NCBI GenBank assembly: GCA_964016885.1
Contig: OZ024741.1
Coordinates: 139,624,001 to 139,688,000 of the forward strand
Direction of reading: 5' to 3'
Source of the DNA: Eledone cirrhosa
Taxonomy: Eukaryota
Length of the DNA stretch: 64,000 nt
Shown: positions 39,641 through 52,639 of the stretch, one piece after another
Layout of the letters: each line of letters begins with the position of its first letter
Numbering within the stretch: the stretch's first letter is position 1
Position numbers and translations under genes: made by a program
Notes under the pieces: generated by a model
Database searches by the model: none
Told to the model about the DNA's origin: nothing
Seen by the model: the letters and a program-made list of their open reading frames with translations, nothing else

Positions 39641-39708
39641 TGTATATTATCTGACGAGGACGTACTGAAAAAACAGCACAGTACCTTCGAAATATATATA
39701 ATAACACA
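39641..39708 (+). ncRNA. Minimal type I hammerhead ribozyme
   Basis: TTAT-CTGACGA(39651-39657)-GGACGTACTG..CAGTACCTTC-GAAA(39689-39692)-TATATA-TA-ATAA. Confidence 0.8.
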
Positions 39709-40453
39709 TATTTTGATTATGTGAATATCTTCATTTATCAATATTCTGAATAATATTAATAACTCCAGAAAACTTCATTGTAGAGTGCTTTTAATCTATT
39801 GTAAACCTATATTCATTGAGTAATCAATGAACCATATTAATCTTTGGTTATATATATATATATACAGAGAGAGAGAGGGGGAGGGGGAGAGAGACTGGAA
39901 ATACTGAAATGAAATATCTTTCCCACGGATCCAACGTGATGTCACAAACTGGACACACATGCCTGCGTGAAGGGAACCTTCTAATCAGTACGTCACATGC
40001 GTTAATTCTAGATGCGTAACATTAATATGTATCCATCGCTGCTGATTTATAATTTTTAATCAGATACCCTAAGCATCTTCTATTTTTTGTCATGAAAACC
40101 TTGTTGTAAGAGCAATATATTACATATTATGTTTATAAGATGACAATTGTTCACTAATAGTGAGCATATTGTATGACATGCTAAAGCATTAAGACAACCC
40201 GTATCATCTAGAAGCGTTGTCAGCGATATAGTTTCGAATCATAGTTTACCATGTCCCATGTTTCATTTGCAGCGCTAATTAATGGGAAAATATGTATACG
40301 TCAAGCATCGCTCAATCTTTTTTATATATATTTGTAATATTAGATGCGTTTCAATTAGTTCTATGTATGTATGTATGTATGTATGTATGTATGTATGTAT
40401 GTATGTATGTATGTATGTATGTATGTATGTATGTATGTATGTGTGTATATATA

Positions 40454-40530
<77 letters not shown>

Positions 40531-41239
40531 CACGCAAATGTCATTGATAAGCAATTTTCACGACTCCTCATTAAGTAATACATACATATCTATTACAAAA
40601 TAGACAGGAAATTTGACATCAAATTTGTCTGAAACATTAATACAAGGTTGGCAGTAATGATAGGCTTATAGAAACGAATAATGGCAAAACGATTTGTAAT
40701 CACGTAGGGCGTTATTAAGCATTATTAAAGTATAGAAGCATTAAAGGGCCTTCGCCTTGAGATTGTAAGATCGTAAGTACGATTTTCAATTATACGCTGC
40801 CGCTCTTAAGCAGTACAATTTTCCAGTCTATTCTGCTGAATAAATACGATGAACACGTAACACCAAAGTCCAGCCATCTCACAAACTGGAGAATTATGTT
40901 AAGTTTCCACGTCCGTATGGCCTGCTAAGTCCCGTTTTCTGAATTCCACGTCCAGGTTGTTCCGTAAGTTAAACAACTAGATCAATCCAACTCGTAAATT
41001 ACGGTGACAACCACATATACACACGTCCCCAGCACCATACCAGCACTGTTAACATCAAACCAAAAATATGTTATTTTGCAGTAAGTAATCAGAAAATAAT
41101 GTTTGAAAGATTTTCTCAAGAACATTACGAATGTAATGGAATTCAAATGATTATCACCATAATACGAAGGTTCATCTCAACTCTCAGAATTGAGCTACGA
41201 AATGGACTGTTAAATATGCTACATTAATGTCTTTATTTA

Positions 41240-41660
41240 AAGTACTAGTAATACACTGGATTAATTACTGGCCTTGTGCCAAAAGTAGAAACAATTAATG
41301 TCTTTATTTAACGGTGGATTGGCAGTTTCGGTAGAGGGACGGGCGCCATGCTTTCCAGCTTAGAGTTACCTCCCTTTATGAACTGAGTTCAAATCCCGCC
41401 GAGGTTAACTTTGTATTTTATCATTACGGGGTCGATAAAAGAAAGTACCAGGAATGTAGTAGAATAATTGCTGGCCTTGTGCCAAATGTAGAAACAATAT
41501 TTAGTAAAATCGTTATTTGGTTGGATCGAATATATTCGCGTCGTTAGTTCTTGTTCTTTACGTGCTGAGTTCAAATGCGACCGAGATCTACTTTGCTTTT
41601 TATCGTTCGGTATTGATAAGATAATGTATTAGTCAAGCACCGAGGTCGATGTACTTGGCG
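41240..41660 (+). mobile_element. SINE cluster: tail fragment, full copy (41309-41499), older diverged copy
   Basis: Same A/B boxes, body and CCTTGTGCCAAA.GTAGAAACAAT tail as 27511-27690. Confidence 0.8.
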
Positions 41661-43259
41661 TTCAAGGTATATTTTAATATACAGTGCAATTCAAATGATA
41701 GATTGTCATTCTAATGATAGATTGTAATAACCAGCTGTTACAGCTAGATTGAGAGTTTTACTAAAGATTTAGTTCATATGATATTATTCATTATCAGATA
41801 TCAATGTTGTCCTATTACCTCCATGGTTGTGCTAAACGTATTCCTGAGTTTATTACATGCCTAACAAAAATGGCATTTTTTGTTGTGATGTTTCAGACAG
41901 TACATCACGATATATTGGTAGTAGTCACTGCTTAAATACTTCGTTCGATATCGGCGTGACTCCTTCGGTGGAAATACGAAGAATATAACTTGGTTTGATA
42001 CACCTGTGCATTTTTCCACATTAGAAGCTACTACAGTTGCATTGCAGGTATACCTTTGTTTATAGACATGCAGGTGACGGTGTGTTCGGTTTAGCGGCTA
42101 CATACATCAGGTTTGTTAAATGTTTGTCTATTTGTTCTTATTTGGGAAATGTTTGTGCACCTCAATATTAAGAATGCCTTGGTATTCTGGACACTAGATT
42201 TATTCTGAGACGAGAAAGGTATTTTTCCCTTTCTCCTGGTATCCAAGCACCAATTCTATTGTAGCTCACACACCCCTAAATTAAATAAATAATAAACATA
42301 ATTCCCATATCAATGTCGTCCATTAGAAGAAACGTAGCCAAGCATTTCTAGAAGCCGCTGAAATGTATGATGCATTAGAAAACGTTACCATATTAAGTAT
42401 ATATAATTCCCTACGTTTCTATAAGATACTATCGAGTTATCGAGTGTTAATAATAGCCTAGCTTTGAAAAGAGTCACGCACACAATTGTATATTCTAGAC
42501 GGAAACCAAAAAATAAAAACATTTAACAAAGTTAAGGCAATACAGAAAATAGAAACAAGTAGATGCAATACTAGAAATAATAGTAACAGTAACAATAAAA
42601 ACAATATATAAATATCCATCCACAATCTAATCAGAAGTTTCTTAAAATATCATTGCATTACAATCGTGACACTTAGCAAATGTATTTGTTGTTATTTAAT
42701 GTAAGAAGAGTCTCTTCTCCATAACTTTAATGTTTTAGATTTTTATAAATATCTTTCCTCATAATTAATTGATTTTGTTTTTTCGTCGTATTTACAAGTT
42801 CTAACTAATCCGAGATCTGATATGTGAAAAGAAATTTTACAAAATCTCTTGGCGAATTCAATGTTTTCGATCCTGCTATGCCAGTGAATTCGCAGTGTGG
42901 TTAATGATTTTGTTAAAATGCATCGGTATTTTTTCCGGTTTATTCAGTCTCGATTTAAATTTCGCAGACATCTATTTTGAATTTCGTCTTTCGATGGTCG
43001 GTAAAATAATGAACCTGTCAGGTACTAATAACCATTCATTAAATTTTACCTTGATCCAAATTACTGACCGGCTGCCTAATTTAAAAATCACAGACAGTAT
43101 TTGCTGAGGCTCTGTATGTTCAGTGTTCAGATCTCGCAGAGGTCAAATTTTCCTTTCATCCTTCTGGTTTTGATAAAATAAACTACCGGTAAAGTACTAT
43201 GAATAGTTTTAATCGATTTTATTCGCCCCACATCTGTCAAATTATTAGTCGTATGTTTA

Positions 43260-43830
43260 TTGCGTGTCGTCAATGTATTACTGAGCAAAGATAACTGTGC
43301 TTTTGGTATGAGCTTTGTTGTTTCTATCGTATTGAGAGTACTCTTCGAATTACATGTGCAGTGCCTAGTATTGTTATATTCCCTATTCTTTATATATTTG
43401 TCCCGTGAATTTGGTTATGTACCTATCTGTGATATGTTCTCATTCACGAAACATTTTTTTATGTCAAACTCCAGGTTTTATTTTACCGTGATTTTCCCAT
43501 TTCTTTGATACATATATTGCCGCGTGGGGTTTGAAATTTCAATTGCTGGTATTTGGTAGAGTTTGCACATACCCTCCGTCGTGTGTAAATACTAACTCCA
43601 TCATATCTGTGGATATATATATTGTTGGCTAAAACTTAGCAGACAGATAACACGTGGTTAATTGATTCCTCACCATCATATTTTCTAAAGTTACTGCGTT
43701 CATTTTGTAATTTTGGTGGTTTCTGGTGAGGAGGATTTCAAATTTCCTAGCAAACATCTCTTCTCCGCTGTTACTTTGGCGCTCACGTCCACATTTTGTG
43801 AGTTGATCTTGTTCGTCTTATTATTATGAT
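43260..43830 (-). mobile_element. Old R4/Dong-like 3' remnant flanked by degraded SINEs (about 43100-43260 and 43845-44015, +)
   Basis: The minus strand gives GEESINHV and NITILGTAHVIRRVLSI, like the R4-clade C-terminus. TTA tract at 43820. Confidence 0.55.
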
Positions 43831-44134
43831 ATTATTATTGTGGTGGATTAATAATATTGGTAAAGAGGCATATATTTAAGTCTCTTTATGCTCTGAGGTC
43901 AAACCTGTCGTCGATAAAATAAAGTATCATTAACCTACTGGTTCGATTTAATTGTATTTCCCTTTTAAATCGCTGACCTTGTCCAAACATCCGAGGCCAA
44001 AAACAACTTTTGCTTAACATTATTTGAATGAATAAAATTATTTTTCTGTGCATATAAGCTCCTATACATATTGTGGCAAATGGTGTACACCAGGAGCTTA
44101 GGAAAAACAGGAGAGACGAGCGTGTGTGTTTGTA

Positions 44135-44211
<77 letters not shown>

Positions 44212-45149
44212 ATGTGTGTGTGTGTGTGTTTGTGTGTGTGCGTGTGTGTATATATATTTATGTGTGCATCGCTAATGCTATTTATGTCGAATCTATTCAA
44301 CATTCACACAGCATCAAATGAGACTGAGTTGCAATGAACCTATAGGAACAAGAACTTTGATTTCAGTTATTTCTATTGAAATATGTGCATACACAAATTG
44401 TGGAAATATTTTAAAGCATTATCCATTGAATAGATATTTTATGTTTCGTGGATTTATTTTATTTGTGATTCCACTCTACTAGATTATTTTTATCAGCCAG
44501 GGAAATATGTAAATTGTGAGGAAATATATGAGTCAATTTTGATATTTTTCTCTGGCGCTTACGTTTATTTTTATCTTTTCATATTTTGGATTTGATTTAT
44601 TAACCTATGGATTTGTTTTGATCGGGAATGCTGTTAAAATATTCCTGTTGATGCCAGAGCACTAACATATGAGTATAGGTTCAATCACATAACATTTCTA
44701 AATCAAATGTAAGCATGAACGAAATATACCGTGAATTTCACTATATTTCATACACGGAAATCGGAATAGATTATATTTATGTAAAACTTATGCTGTGCAC
44801 CGTTTTTCCTCTAAATGGCAGTTTGTAATAATTTATTTCCATTCTGAATGCCAAGCCTCATAATTAAGAAATCATTCAAGAGTGATTGGATTGCCTATGT
44901 CTACGTATCAATTACGTGCGATATTCTACATTTGCAATGATACAGGATCAGTACATAAACGTAAGTCGACTTAACGACTTAAAGGCAATGAAAAGTACTT
45001 AATAGAATCATTATATTTATAAGGCAAAGACATTTATAAAAAGCAGTTTAAAAAGGGAACCGATAATATATATTTATATGTTTTATCTGTCGCGTTGGTA
45101 GCTTATTATAATGTATAGTTGATTACTTTCATCTGTTAAGCTCTCTCTA

Positions 45150-45210
<61 letters not shown>

Positions 45211-45213
<3 letters not shown>

Positions 45214-46057
45214 CAAAAGTTTAACAAGGTTAATTGATTAATCAATGAATAAAGTTTTACAATAGATTAGAAGCACTCAACAAGAGGGTTTTCTTGAATT
45301 ATTACTACTTTAAAATATTAATAAATATAGACATTCATGTGATTAAATATATTTTATTATACATATTTCAGAGGTACTGAGCTATTTCACCAGTACGTCC
45401 TCATCAGATAAAAAAGATTGATATCTGACATACCTCAACTGTCCTGATGGTTCAATTCCAGTCTTGGCAGTAATTAGTTATGACAAAACTCAATATTTAT
45501 ATACCATAATTTTTAACATAAAAATCTTCATATAATAAAGAGGGTACGTAGGAAAAGATGTATAAAAATATATAATAATAAATAAAATAAGTATATATAA
45601 ATAAGTATATATGAAGGCAAGTAATAAGTATAAACGTAAATCTACATAACTGATAACAATTTAAATAATAAAATATTTATACCTCCGTATTATAGAAGGA
45701 GCAAATGAGAGAGGGAGAGGGCTAACAGGAGGAGAGAGAGAACAGGAAAGAGAGATGATAGTAAAAACAAAGAAAGGGAGATATGTATGGTAACATATAA
45801 TTACATAAGGAGAAGGAGAATCAAGGTATATGATGCGTGATCTTTTTTTTTTAAATATTAATTATTTTTACTATCATCTCTCTTTCTTTTTCTCTCTCCC
45901 CTCCTGTTAGCCCTCTCCATCTCTCATTTGCTCCTTCTATAATACGGAGGTACACATATTTTATTATTTAAATGTTTAACAGTTATGCAGTTTTACGTTT
46001 ATACATATTACTTGCCTTCATATATACTTATTTATATATACTTATTTTATTTATTAT
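45211..46057 (-). mobile_element. PLE 3' remnant with hammerhead and a 5' inversion (inverted arms about 45575-45770 / 45860-46057)
   Basis: Starts at (TA)n. AAGCACTCAACA motif at 45271, hammerhead at 45351-45414, ~190-bp inverted repeat. Confidence 0.7.
45351..45414 (-). ncRNA. Minimal type I hammerhead ribozyme
   Basis: TTTTAT-CTGATGA-GGACGTACTGG..CAGTACCTCT-GAAA-TATGTA-TA-ATAAAA. Confidence 0.82.
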
Positions 46058-46099
46058 GTCTGTGATCTGTACTGTAATTTTTCGACTTGTTGCTTATCA

Positions 46100-46647
46100 T
46101 TATTTTGCTGGCCTTGTGCCTAAAGTAGAAACAATTATTATTATTATATTACGGGGTCGATAAAATAAAGTACCAGTAATGTACTGGTGCATTACTGGCC
46201 TTGTGCCAAAAAGTAGAAACAATTATTATAATAGGGCCGTGGATTGGCAGTATCGGTAGAAGGTCGGACGCCATGCTTTGACGCATAGAGTTACGGCCCT
46301 TGCAATTCTGAGTTCAAATCCCGCCGAGGTTAAGTTTGCCTTTCATCCTTACGAGGTCGATAAAATAAAGTACCAGTAAAGTACTGGGTAATTGCTGGCC
46401 TTGTGCCAAACGTAGAAACAATTATTATTATATTATAGTTTGAAAAGGCGGTGGATTGGCAGTATCGGTAGAGGGTCGGACGCCATGCTATAAAACATAG
46501 AGTTACCTCCATTTATGATATGAGTTCAAATCCCGCCGAGGTTAACTTTGCCTTTCATCCTTACGGGGTCGATAAAATAAAGTAGCAGTAATGCACTGGT
46601 TAATTTCTGGCCTTGTGCCACAAGTAGAAACAATTATTATATTATAG
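46100..46647 (+). mobile_element. Head-to-tail SINE array: two 3' fragments and two full copies (46234-46437, 46445-46647)
   Basis: Four successive CCTTGTGCC..GTAGAAACAATTATT tails. A box TGGCAGTATCGG and B box GAGTTCAAATCC in the full copies. Confidence 0.9.
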
Positions 46648-46769
46648 TTTAGATTTGACATCGTTTAAACGAAACATTTTGAGAGAGTTTAGAGATACAC
46701 AACAATAATTATTATGGTGTTGTTAGGTCTTTGACCGGGTCACTAAATCAGTCTATTTATATCTACTAC

Positions 46770-47202
46770 CATCCCTCTCTTAACATGAAGTAGTGAGGGA
46801 ATAGTGATGGTAGCGATGATGCAGTGGTGGCGATGGTGATGGGATAGTAGTAATCTAGGGATGGTGTTGTTGTAGCTGTTGGTTTGTATCTAGCTAAATT
46901 TTCTGTGGTGGTGGTGGCGGCGGCGGTGGTGAATTGTTTGGCTGTTCTTTTCTTCCATTTGTGAACATTTGTAACCATTTTCTTTTCTGACTATAACATT
47001 TCTAAAACAAAATTAAGTATTAAATATTGTAGCCCTATACAATAATTTTATGCAATGTCACTTCCTGAGAGTCAGGACTGGTATCTTATGTTCCAATTGT
47101 AATAAGAATTATTCTATCACAATTGTTTTAAATATGTAAACAAATCCAAAACTTACGGGAGCGGTTCCATAACACTCTATCCACTATGTGCGTGTTCTTC
47201 CC
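46770..47202 (-). mobile_element. 5' fragment of a Tx1-related element (family X)
   Basis: Diverged homologue of about 51500-51950. Shares the 5' motif ..GCTCCCGTAAG.. and a Thr/Ala-rich ORF1-like start. Confidence 0.5.
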
Positions 47203-50200
47203 TTATTATTATTATTATTATTATTGTTATTGTTATTCCTTGAATCTCAGACATTGATGTTGGTTAACTGGAAAGTCCGTTGGATTGAATATCAAGCCAC
47301 TACCTGCAGCCTCAGATATTCAGGACGTATCGGAGGGTTCTTGCTGTTCCAAGCAAGCATGCCTTTTGAAGTGTTCCAAAAAGCGTGAAGGGGCCGATTT
47401 TCATTAACCATCCCTGGAAATCTTTGGAGATAGTCCCCAGTGCGCCTATGACAATCGGGATCACTTTGACTTCATGGCAGTTCCAAATCCTTTTCACCTC
47501 CCACTTTAGGTCCTGGTATCGGTTAATTTTCTCCCTCTCCTTCTCTTGCACTCTCGTGTCGAACGGGCAGGCCACATCCACAATCAGGCACGATCTTTTT
47601 TCTTTGTCCACAACCACCAGGTCAGGTCTATTGTGTTCCAGTTTTTTGTCCGTCTGTATCCTAAAATCCCACAGCACCTTCACCTGACTGTTCTCCATCA
47701 CCGCCTCTGGCCTATGCTCATACCATTTCTCAGAATGTGGTAGATTGTTTACTTTGCACAGGTGCCAGTGGATCACCCTGCCCATCACATCGTGTCTCCA
47801 GCCCTTATAGTGGGTCTGGGCTAGGTGTTTACACTCGGACACAATGTGAGCCACAGTCTCCTCTCTCTCTCCACAGATCCTGCGCAGTGGGCTAGCCTCC
47901 TCCCTGTAGATATGGTGCTTCAACCACTTCGTTTTGAGGGCCTGATCCTGCGCAGCCATTAGCATTCCTTCTGTAGCCTTTTTGAGGTCTCCTCTTCTCA
48001 ACCAGTTCCATGTCTGTGGATCTCTAAATTCAGTTTTCTCAAAGAAGGTACTATGAAGGGATTTTCCCTTAAGGCTGCTCTTCCTCCTTGATGTTATTTC
48101 CTCCTTGGATATCCCCTGGCCTACTGTCCCCTCCTTCAGTACAGCTCTGAGCATTGGCTCCTTACTATAGGTCACGTATTTGTATAGGTTGTTTTTCTCC
48201 ATCTGAACACAGTCCTCTATGCTGATAAGACCTCTTCCACCCTCAGATCTCCTTAGGTAGAGTCTATCGACATCACTCCTCTTGTGGAACATGTTGTAGA
48301 TAGTCAATAGCTTCCTAGTCTTCCTATCCATTTCTTTTTGTTCTTTATGCCATCAGCCTCCAGAACGCCCAAATACTTGTATCCTTCCTCAGAGTCAATT
48401 TCCTTTATCATCTCACCTGTTGGTATCTGGATCCCGTTACTTCTGCTCAACCTACCCCTCCTCATCACAATGACTCCACATTTACCAATACCAAACTGCA
48501 TACATATATCACTGCTGAAAATACGGACAGTGTCAACAAGCACATCCAACTCCTTCTCACTTTTCCCGAAGAGCTTAAGATCGTCCATGAAGAGGAGGTG
48601 ATTGATGGTAAGCTCTCCCCTTCCCAACTTGTATCCTGCTCTCACTTTTCGCAGCATAATGGTCAAGGGCATCAGGGCAAGGACAAACGACAGAGGGGAC
48701 AGGCTATCTCCCTGGAAGATACCTCTCTTGATCTTCACGCTTCCCAAGGATACTCCAGTTGATGTCAACTCTGTCTCCCAGGACCCCATACTCCTGCCCA
48801 GCAACTGTCTGATGTTATCTGCCACCCTGAAGATCTCCAGGCTTTTGGTGATCCAGGAATGAGGCACCATGTCAAATGCCTTTCTGTAGTCTATCCATCC
48901 CATGGCAAGATCAGTGTGTCTCCTCCTGCAATTCCCCATTACCATCTTATCAATAAGCAACTGGTCCTTTGTACCACGTGACTTCTTTCGGCATCCTTTC
49001 TGTTCGTCCGGCAACAAGTTGTTTGTGTGGAGGTGATGGTAGATTTCCTCAGACACAATGCTCGTCAACAGTTTCCACATTACGGGCAGACATGTGATAG
49101 GTCTATAGTTGGTAACATCATTACCCTTGATTCGGTCTTTCATTATCAGAACGGTGGTACCTTTTGTCAACCACTCTGGCACCTCACCCGACACCAAGCA
49201 GTCATTGAACATGGCCGTCAGCTTTGGGTGGAGGGATGTTAAATGTTTAATCCAATACCCCTGCACACCATCTGGGCCTGGTGATTTCCAGTTGGTTAGT
49301 TTTTTGGCTTGCCCCTTAAGAGTTTCAACTGTGATACTCAAATCAGTCTGTTGTTGTGCCTGCTCACCGATCTCCCTCTGTACTGTCTCAATCCACCCTG
49401 CCTGGGCATTGTGTCTAACATCCTGCTCCCATATTCCTCTCCAGAATGTTTTAGCTTGTTCCGCCCCAGGGATCAAGTCGTTGCCTCTTTCTTTCCCCTC
49501 AAGCTGTCCAAACAGCATCTTCTGGTTGTTGTCGAACATGCGGTTCTGTTTATACTGACTGACTCTGTTCTCGTATCGCCTGATTTTGGCACTCTTTGCT
49601 ACAATGCGTTGCTTCAATTCCTCTATGATAATATTTAGCTTTTTACTCCTAGTTTTGTATTTTATTTCCAGTCTATTTTTAGTGCCTATGTTTTTTAGTG
49701 TCCCATTCAGTAGTGACTCAAGCTTTCCTATGTCATTTCTCATTTCCCCGATTTGCCCACTCAGTCGCTTCTTCCACCACGGCTCTGCTCTTTCTTGTCT
49801 GTTGTTTCCTCTCGCTTTTATACCAAGTAGTTTCCTCACCGTATTTGCTGTTGCTTTGAGGATATTGTTGCACTGGTGAAGACTCCTCGCCTCAAGGTAT
49901 GGGATGACTTTGTTTACCTTAGCTGTTGTTTCTTTTAACTTTTTCCTGTCTACAAATCTTAGGTTCATAGGTCTCCCACTATCATTGTTCAACTCATCTA
50001 CCACTAAATTTAGGATGTCAACCGAATCTTGTCCTAGCCCGTCAGCATTCATCTCCTCAGTGGCCGTATCTCTGTTCCAGGTATTATTTATCTCAGTATT
50101 CAGATCATTGTCTGCTTCGGGTGGTTCCTCCGTTCTCAGGACCTCCTCACCTTCATTTCCCGCCGGCTCGCTTGTCTGGCATACTACACCCGCCATCTCC

Positions 50201-50720
50201 AAGCCATTCTCTCTGCTCAGTTCCTCCAGTTCCAGCTCGCTTATCCACCCATTAGTTCTTATTACCCGAGCCTGCCCGGCCAATTTTTGTTCATCTAATT
50301 TAAATAAACCAATCTCGTTCCAGATGTTATGCATCCGTCTCCTGTAGCCCCTCTCCTTGGGGTTACTTTTCAGGTAGCATTGCATAACAGTTCTATTCAA
50401 TTCTTTCGTCCAGTTGGTTCTGGCCCCTTTCCTTCTTCTTCTTCCTCCAACATCAGCAGTATTTCGTTGACAGTCAGGTTCCTGCTGCTGAGCCAGGGGG
50501 CACCTGTTGGGTGAGAGTCTGTCACATGACGTTCTAGTCTCCATTTCACCGTTATTCGAACTGTTTATGTTCGATATTTAAACACTCTTATCGAGGATTG
50601 GCGAATGTATGTTTACATAGCCATCTGTGGATCCGCCATCCCACTTGGCCCTTGTGTGGCATTATCACCACGCTGTATACGGACACACATAAACAAACAA
50701 ACACACGGGCAGAAAGGGCC
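47203..50720 (-). mobile_element. R4/Dong family A, near-intact full-length copy
   Basis: Single RT-RLE ORF in two pieces, 5' UTR 50545-50720, 3' UTR and (AAT)n tail. Confidence 0.95.
47312..50544 (-). pseudogene. R4/Dong RT + CCHC + restriction-like endonuclease ORF broken by one deletion near 48335
   Basis: 746-aa and 339-aa frames. KSPGPDG, NYRPITCL, QGDSLSP, LFMDD, RHD, RPDLV..D..EK..Y motifs. Confidence 0.93.
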
Positions 50721-50729
50721 CCAAAAATG

Positions 50730-51949
50730 AATAAGCATAAGTTTCATTGTAATGTAGTATTCGAATGTCTGACTTAGTTTTTGATTTTTAAGTTTTACTT
50801 TTTAAACCCTCTTCTTTTCTGTCCGTTCGCCTGCTTCTCTCTTCATTCTTATTTTCTTTACGTTTTTGGGGTTTCTTTTTTTGTTTTTGTTTTTCTCTGT
50901 TTGTTTTTCTCGTTTTTTGCTGTTGTTGCTGTGCTGCTGTGGTTTTGTTGTTTGTTTTTTCTTTTTTCTTTTGAGTCTATCTATATATTTTGATGCCTTC
51001 CTCTTTGTTAGTAGTAGGAATTCTATAATGTGGAAGTGGCAGCCAGCAGAGACTGGCGGCGTTGGCGATACTGAGACAGTGGTGGTGGTGATGTCGACAC
51101 CGAGGCAGTGGTGGCGGTGATGCGACCGTATTACTGTAGTGATGGTGCTGTAGCGGTGGCAGCAGCAGTGAAGGAGTCAAGGGGTGGTGGCGGCGGTGAT
51201 GGGATAGTGGTGGTAATGATGGCCGTAGTGAGCGGTGGCGGTGAAGGTGAAAATGCTGTTGTGTTTAGTGTACACAGATGATGGGGTGGGTGGTGTATCT
51301 AGTTTCTGGTGTTGGTGAGTTTAGCTGTCCTATATAGTGTAGCCAGAGGAGAGGAGGGGGGGGGGGTTCTTCTTCTTCCATTTATAGCCATTTTATTTAT
51401 TTTTTTTTTTTTTTGGATATACAGTGTACAATACAAAGTTGAATATTTGAATATTTGAGCCGTATTACTGTAGTGATGGTGCTGTAGCGGTGGCAGCAGC
51501 AGTGAAGGAGTCAAGGGGTGGTGGCGGCGGTGATGGGATAGTGGTGGTAATGATGGCCGTAGTGAGCGGTGGCGGTGAAGGTGAAAATGCTGTTGTGTTT
51601 AGTGTACACAGATGATGGGGTGGGTGGTGTATCTAGTTTCTGGTGTTGGTGAGTTTAGCTGTCCTATATAGTGTAGCCAGAGGAGAGGAGGGGGGGGGGG
51701 GTTCTTCTTCTTCCATTTATAGCCATTTTTTTTTTTTGGATATACAGTGTACAATACAAAGTTGAATATTTGAATATTTGAGCCTTATAACAATATATTT
51801 TGGGTCCGAATTTTTTGGGGCTCAAGCCGGGTGCTTTACGTAGCATTTGTACTAAGAGTTGTTATTTCACAAATGATTTAAATATGTTAAAAATTCAAAA
51901 CTTACGGGAGCGATTTCATGACCTCCGTCACCTCGTGCGTCTTCTTCCC

Positions 51950-51950
<1 letters not shown>
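50730..51950 (-). mobile_element. 5' fragment of Tx1-related family X with a ~330-bp tandem duplication (51126-51459 / 51460-51785)
   Basis: 5' end GAAGACGCACGAGGTGACGGAGG..GCTCCCGTAAG..AATTTTTAAC resembles both Tx1 5' ends. Low-complexity ORF1-like remnants. The duplication is directly visible. Confidence 0.55.
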
Positions 51951-52027
<77 letters not shown>

Positions 52028-52028
<1 letters not shown>

Positions 52029-52594
52029 CTTGAATCTCAGTCATTGATGTTGGTTAACTGGAAAGTCCGTTGGAATGAATATCAAGCCACTACCTGCAGC
52101 CTCAGATATTCAGGACGTATCGGAGGGTACTTGCTGTTCCCAGCAAGCCTGCATTTTGAAGCGTTCCAAAAAGCGTAAAGGGGCCGATTTTCTTTAACCA
52201 TCCCTGGAAACTTTTGGAGATAGTCCCCAGTGCGCCTATGACAATCGGGATCACTTTGATTTCATGGCAGTTCCAAATCCTTTTTACCTCCCACTTTAAG
52301 TCCTGGTATCGGTTAATTTTCTCCCTCTCCTTCTCTTGCACTCTCGTGTCGAATGGGCAGGCCACATCCACAATCAGACACGCTCTTTTTTCTTTGTCCA
52401 CAACCACCAGGTCAGGTCTATTGTGTTCCAGTTTCTTGTCCGCCTGTATCCTAAAATCCCACAGCACCTTCACCTGATCGTTCTCCATCACCGCCTCTGG
52501 CCTATGCTCATACCATTTCTCAGAATGTGGTAAATTGTTTACTTTGCACAGGTGCCAGTGGATCACCCTGTCCATCACACCATGTCTCCAGCCC
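52028..52594 (-). mobile_element. R4/Dong family A 3' fragment embedded in (ATT)n
   Basis: 158-aa RLE frame at 52102-52578. Long (ATT)n tracts on both sides (51951-52027, 52595-52639). Confidence 0.93.

Positions 52595-52639
<45 letters not shown>

Larger units (their letters stand above)
39516..39850. mobile_element. Short fold-back PLE end with two opposed hammerheads
   Basis: Arms 39516-39630 / 39641-39756. The right side continues through TGTAGAGTGCTT to (TA)n. Same family as 45211-45420. Confidence 0.78.

Noticed and set aside
46234-46330. tRNA gene
   Set aside because: A and B boxes are present but too far apart, there is no cloverleaf, and they are joined to a repeated body and tail. 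This is a SINE head.
50590-50720. HDV-like ribozyme at the Dong 5' end
   Set aside because: A P1-like helix exists, but no P3/L3 (TCC..G), P1.1 or P2 could be fitted. Kept only as a structured-leader finding.
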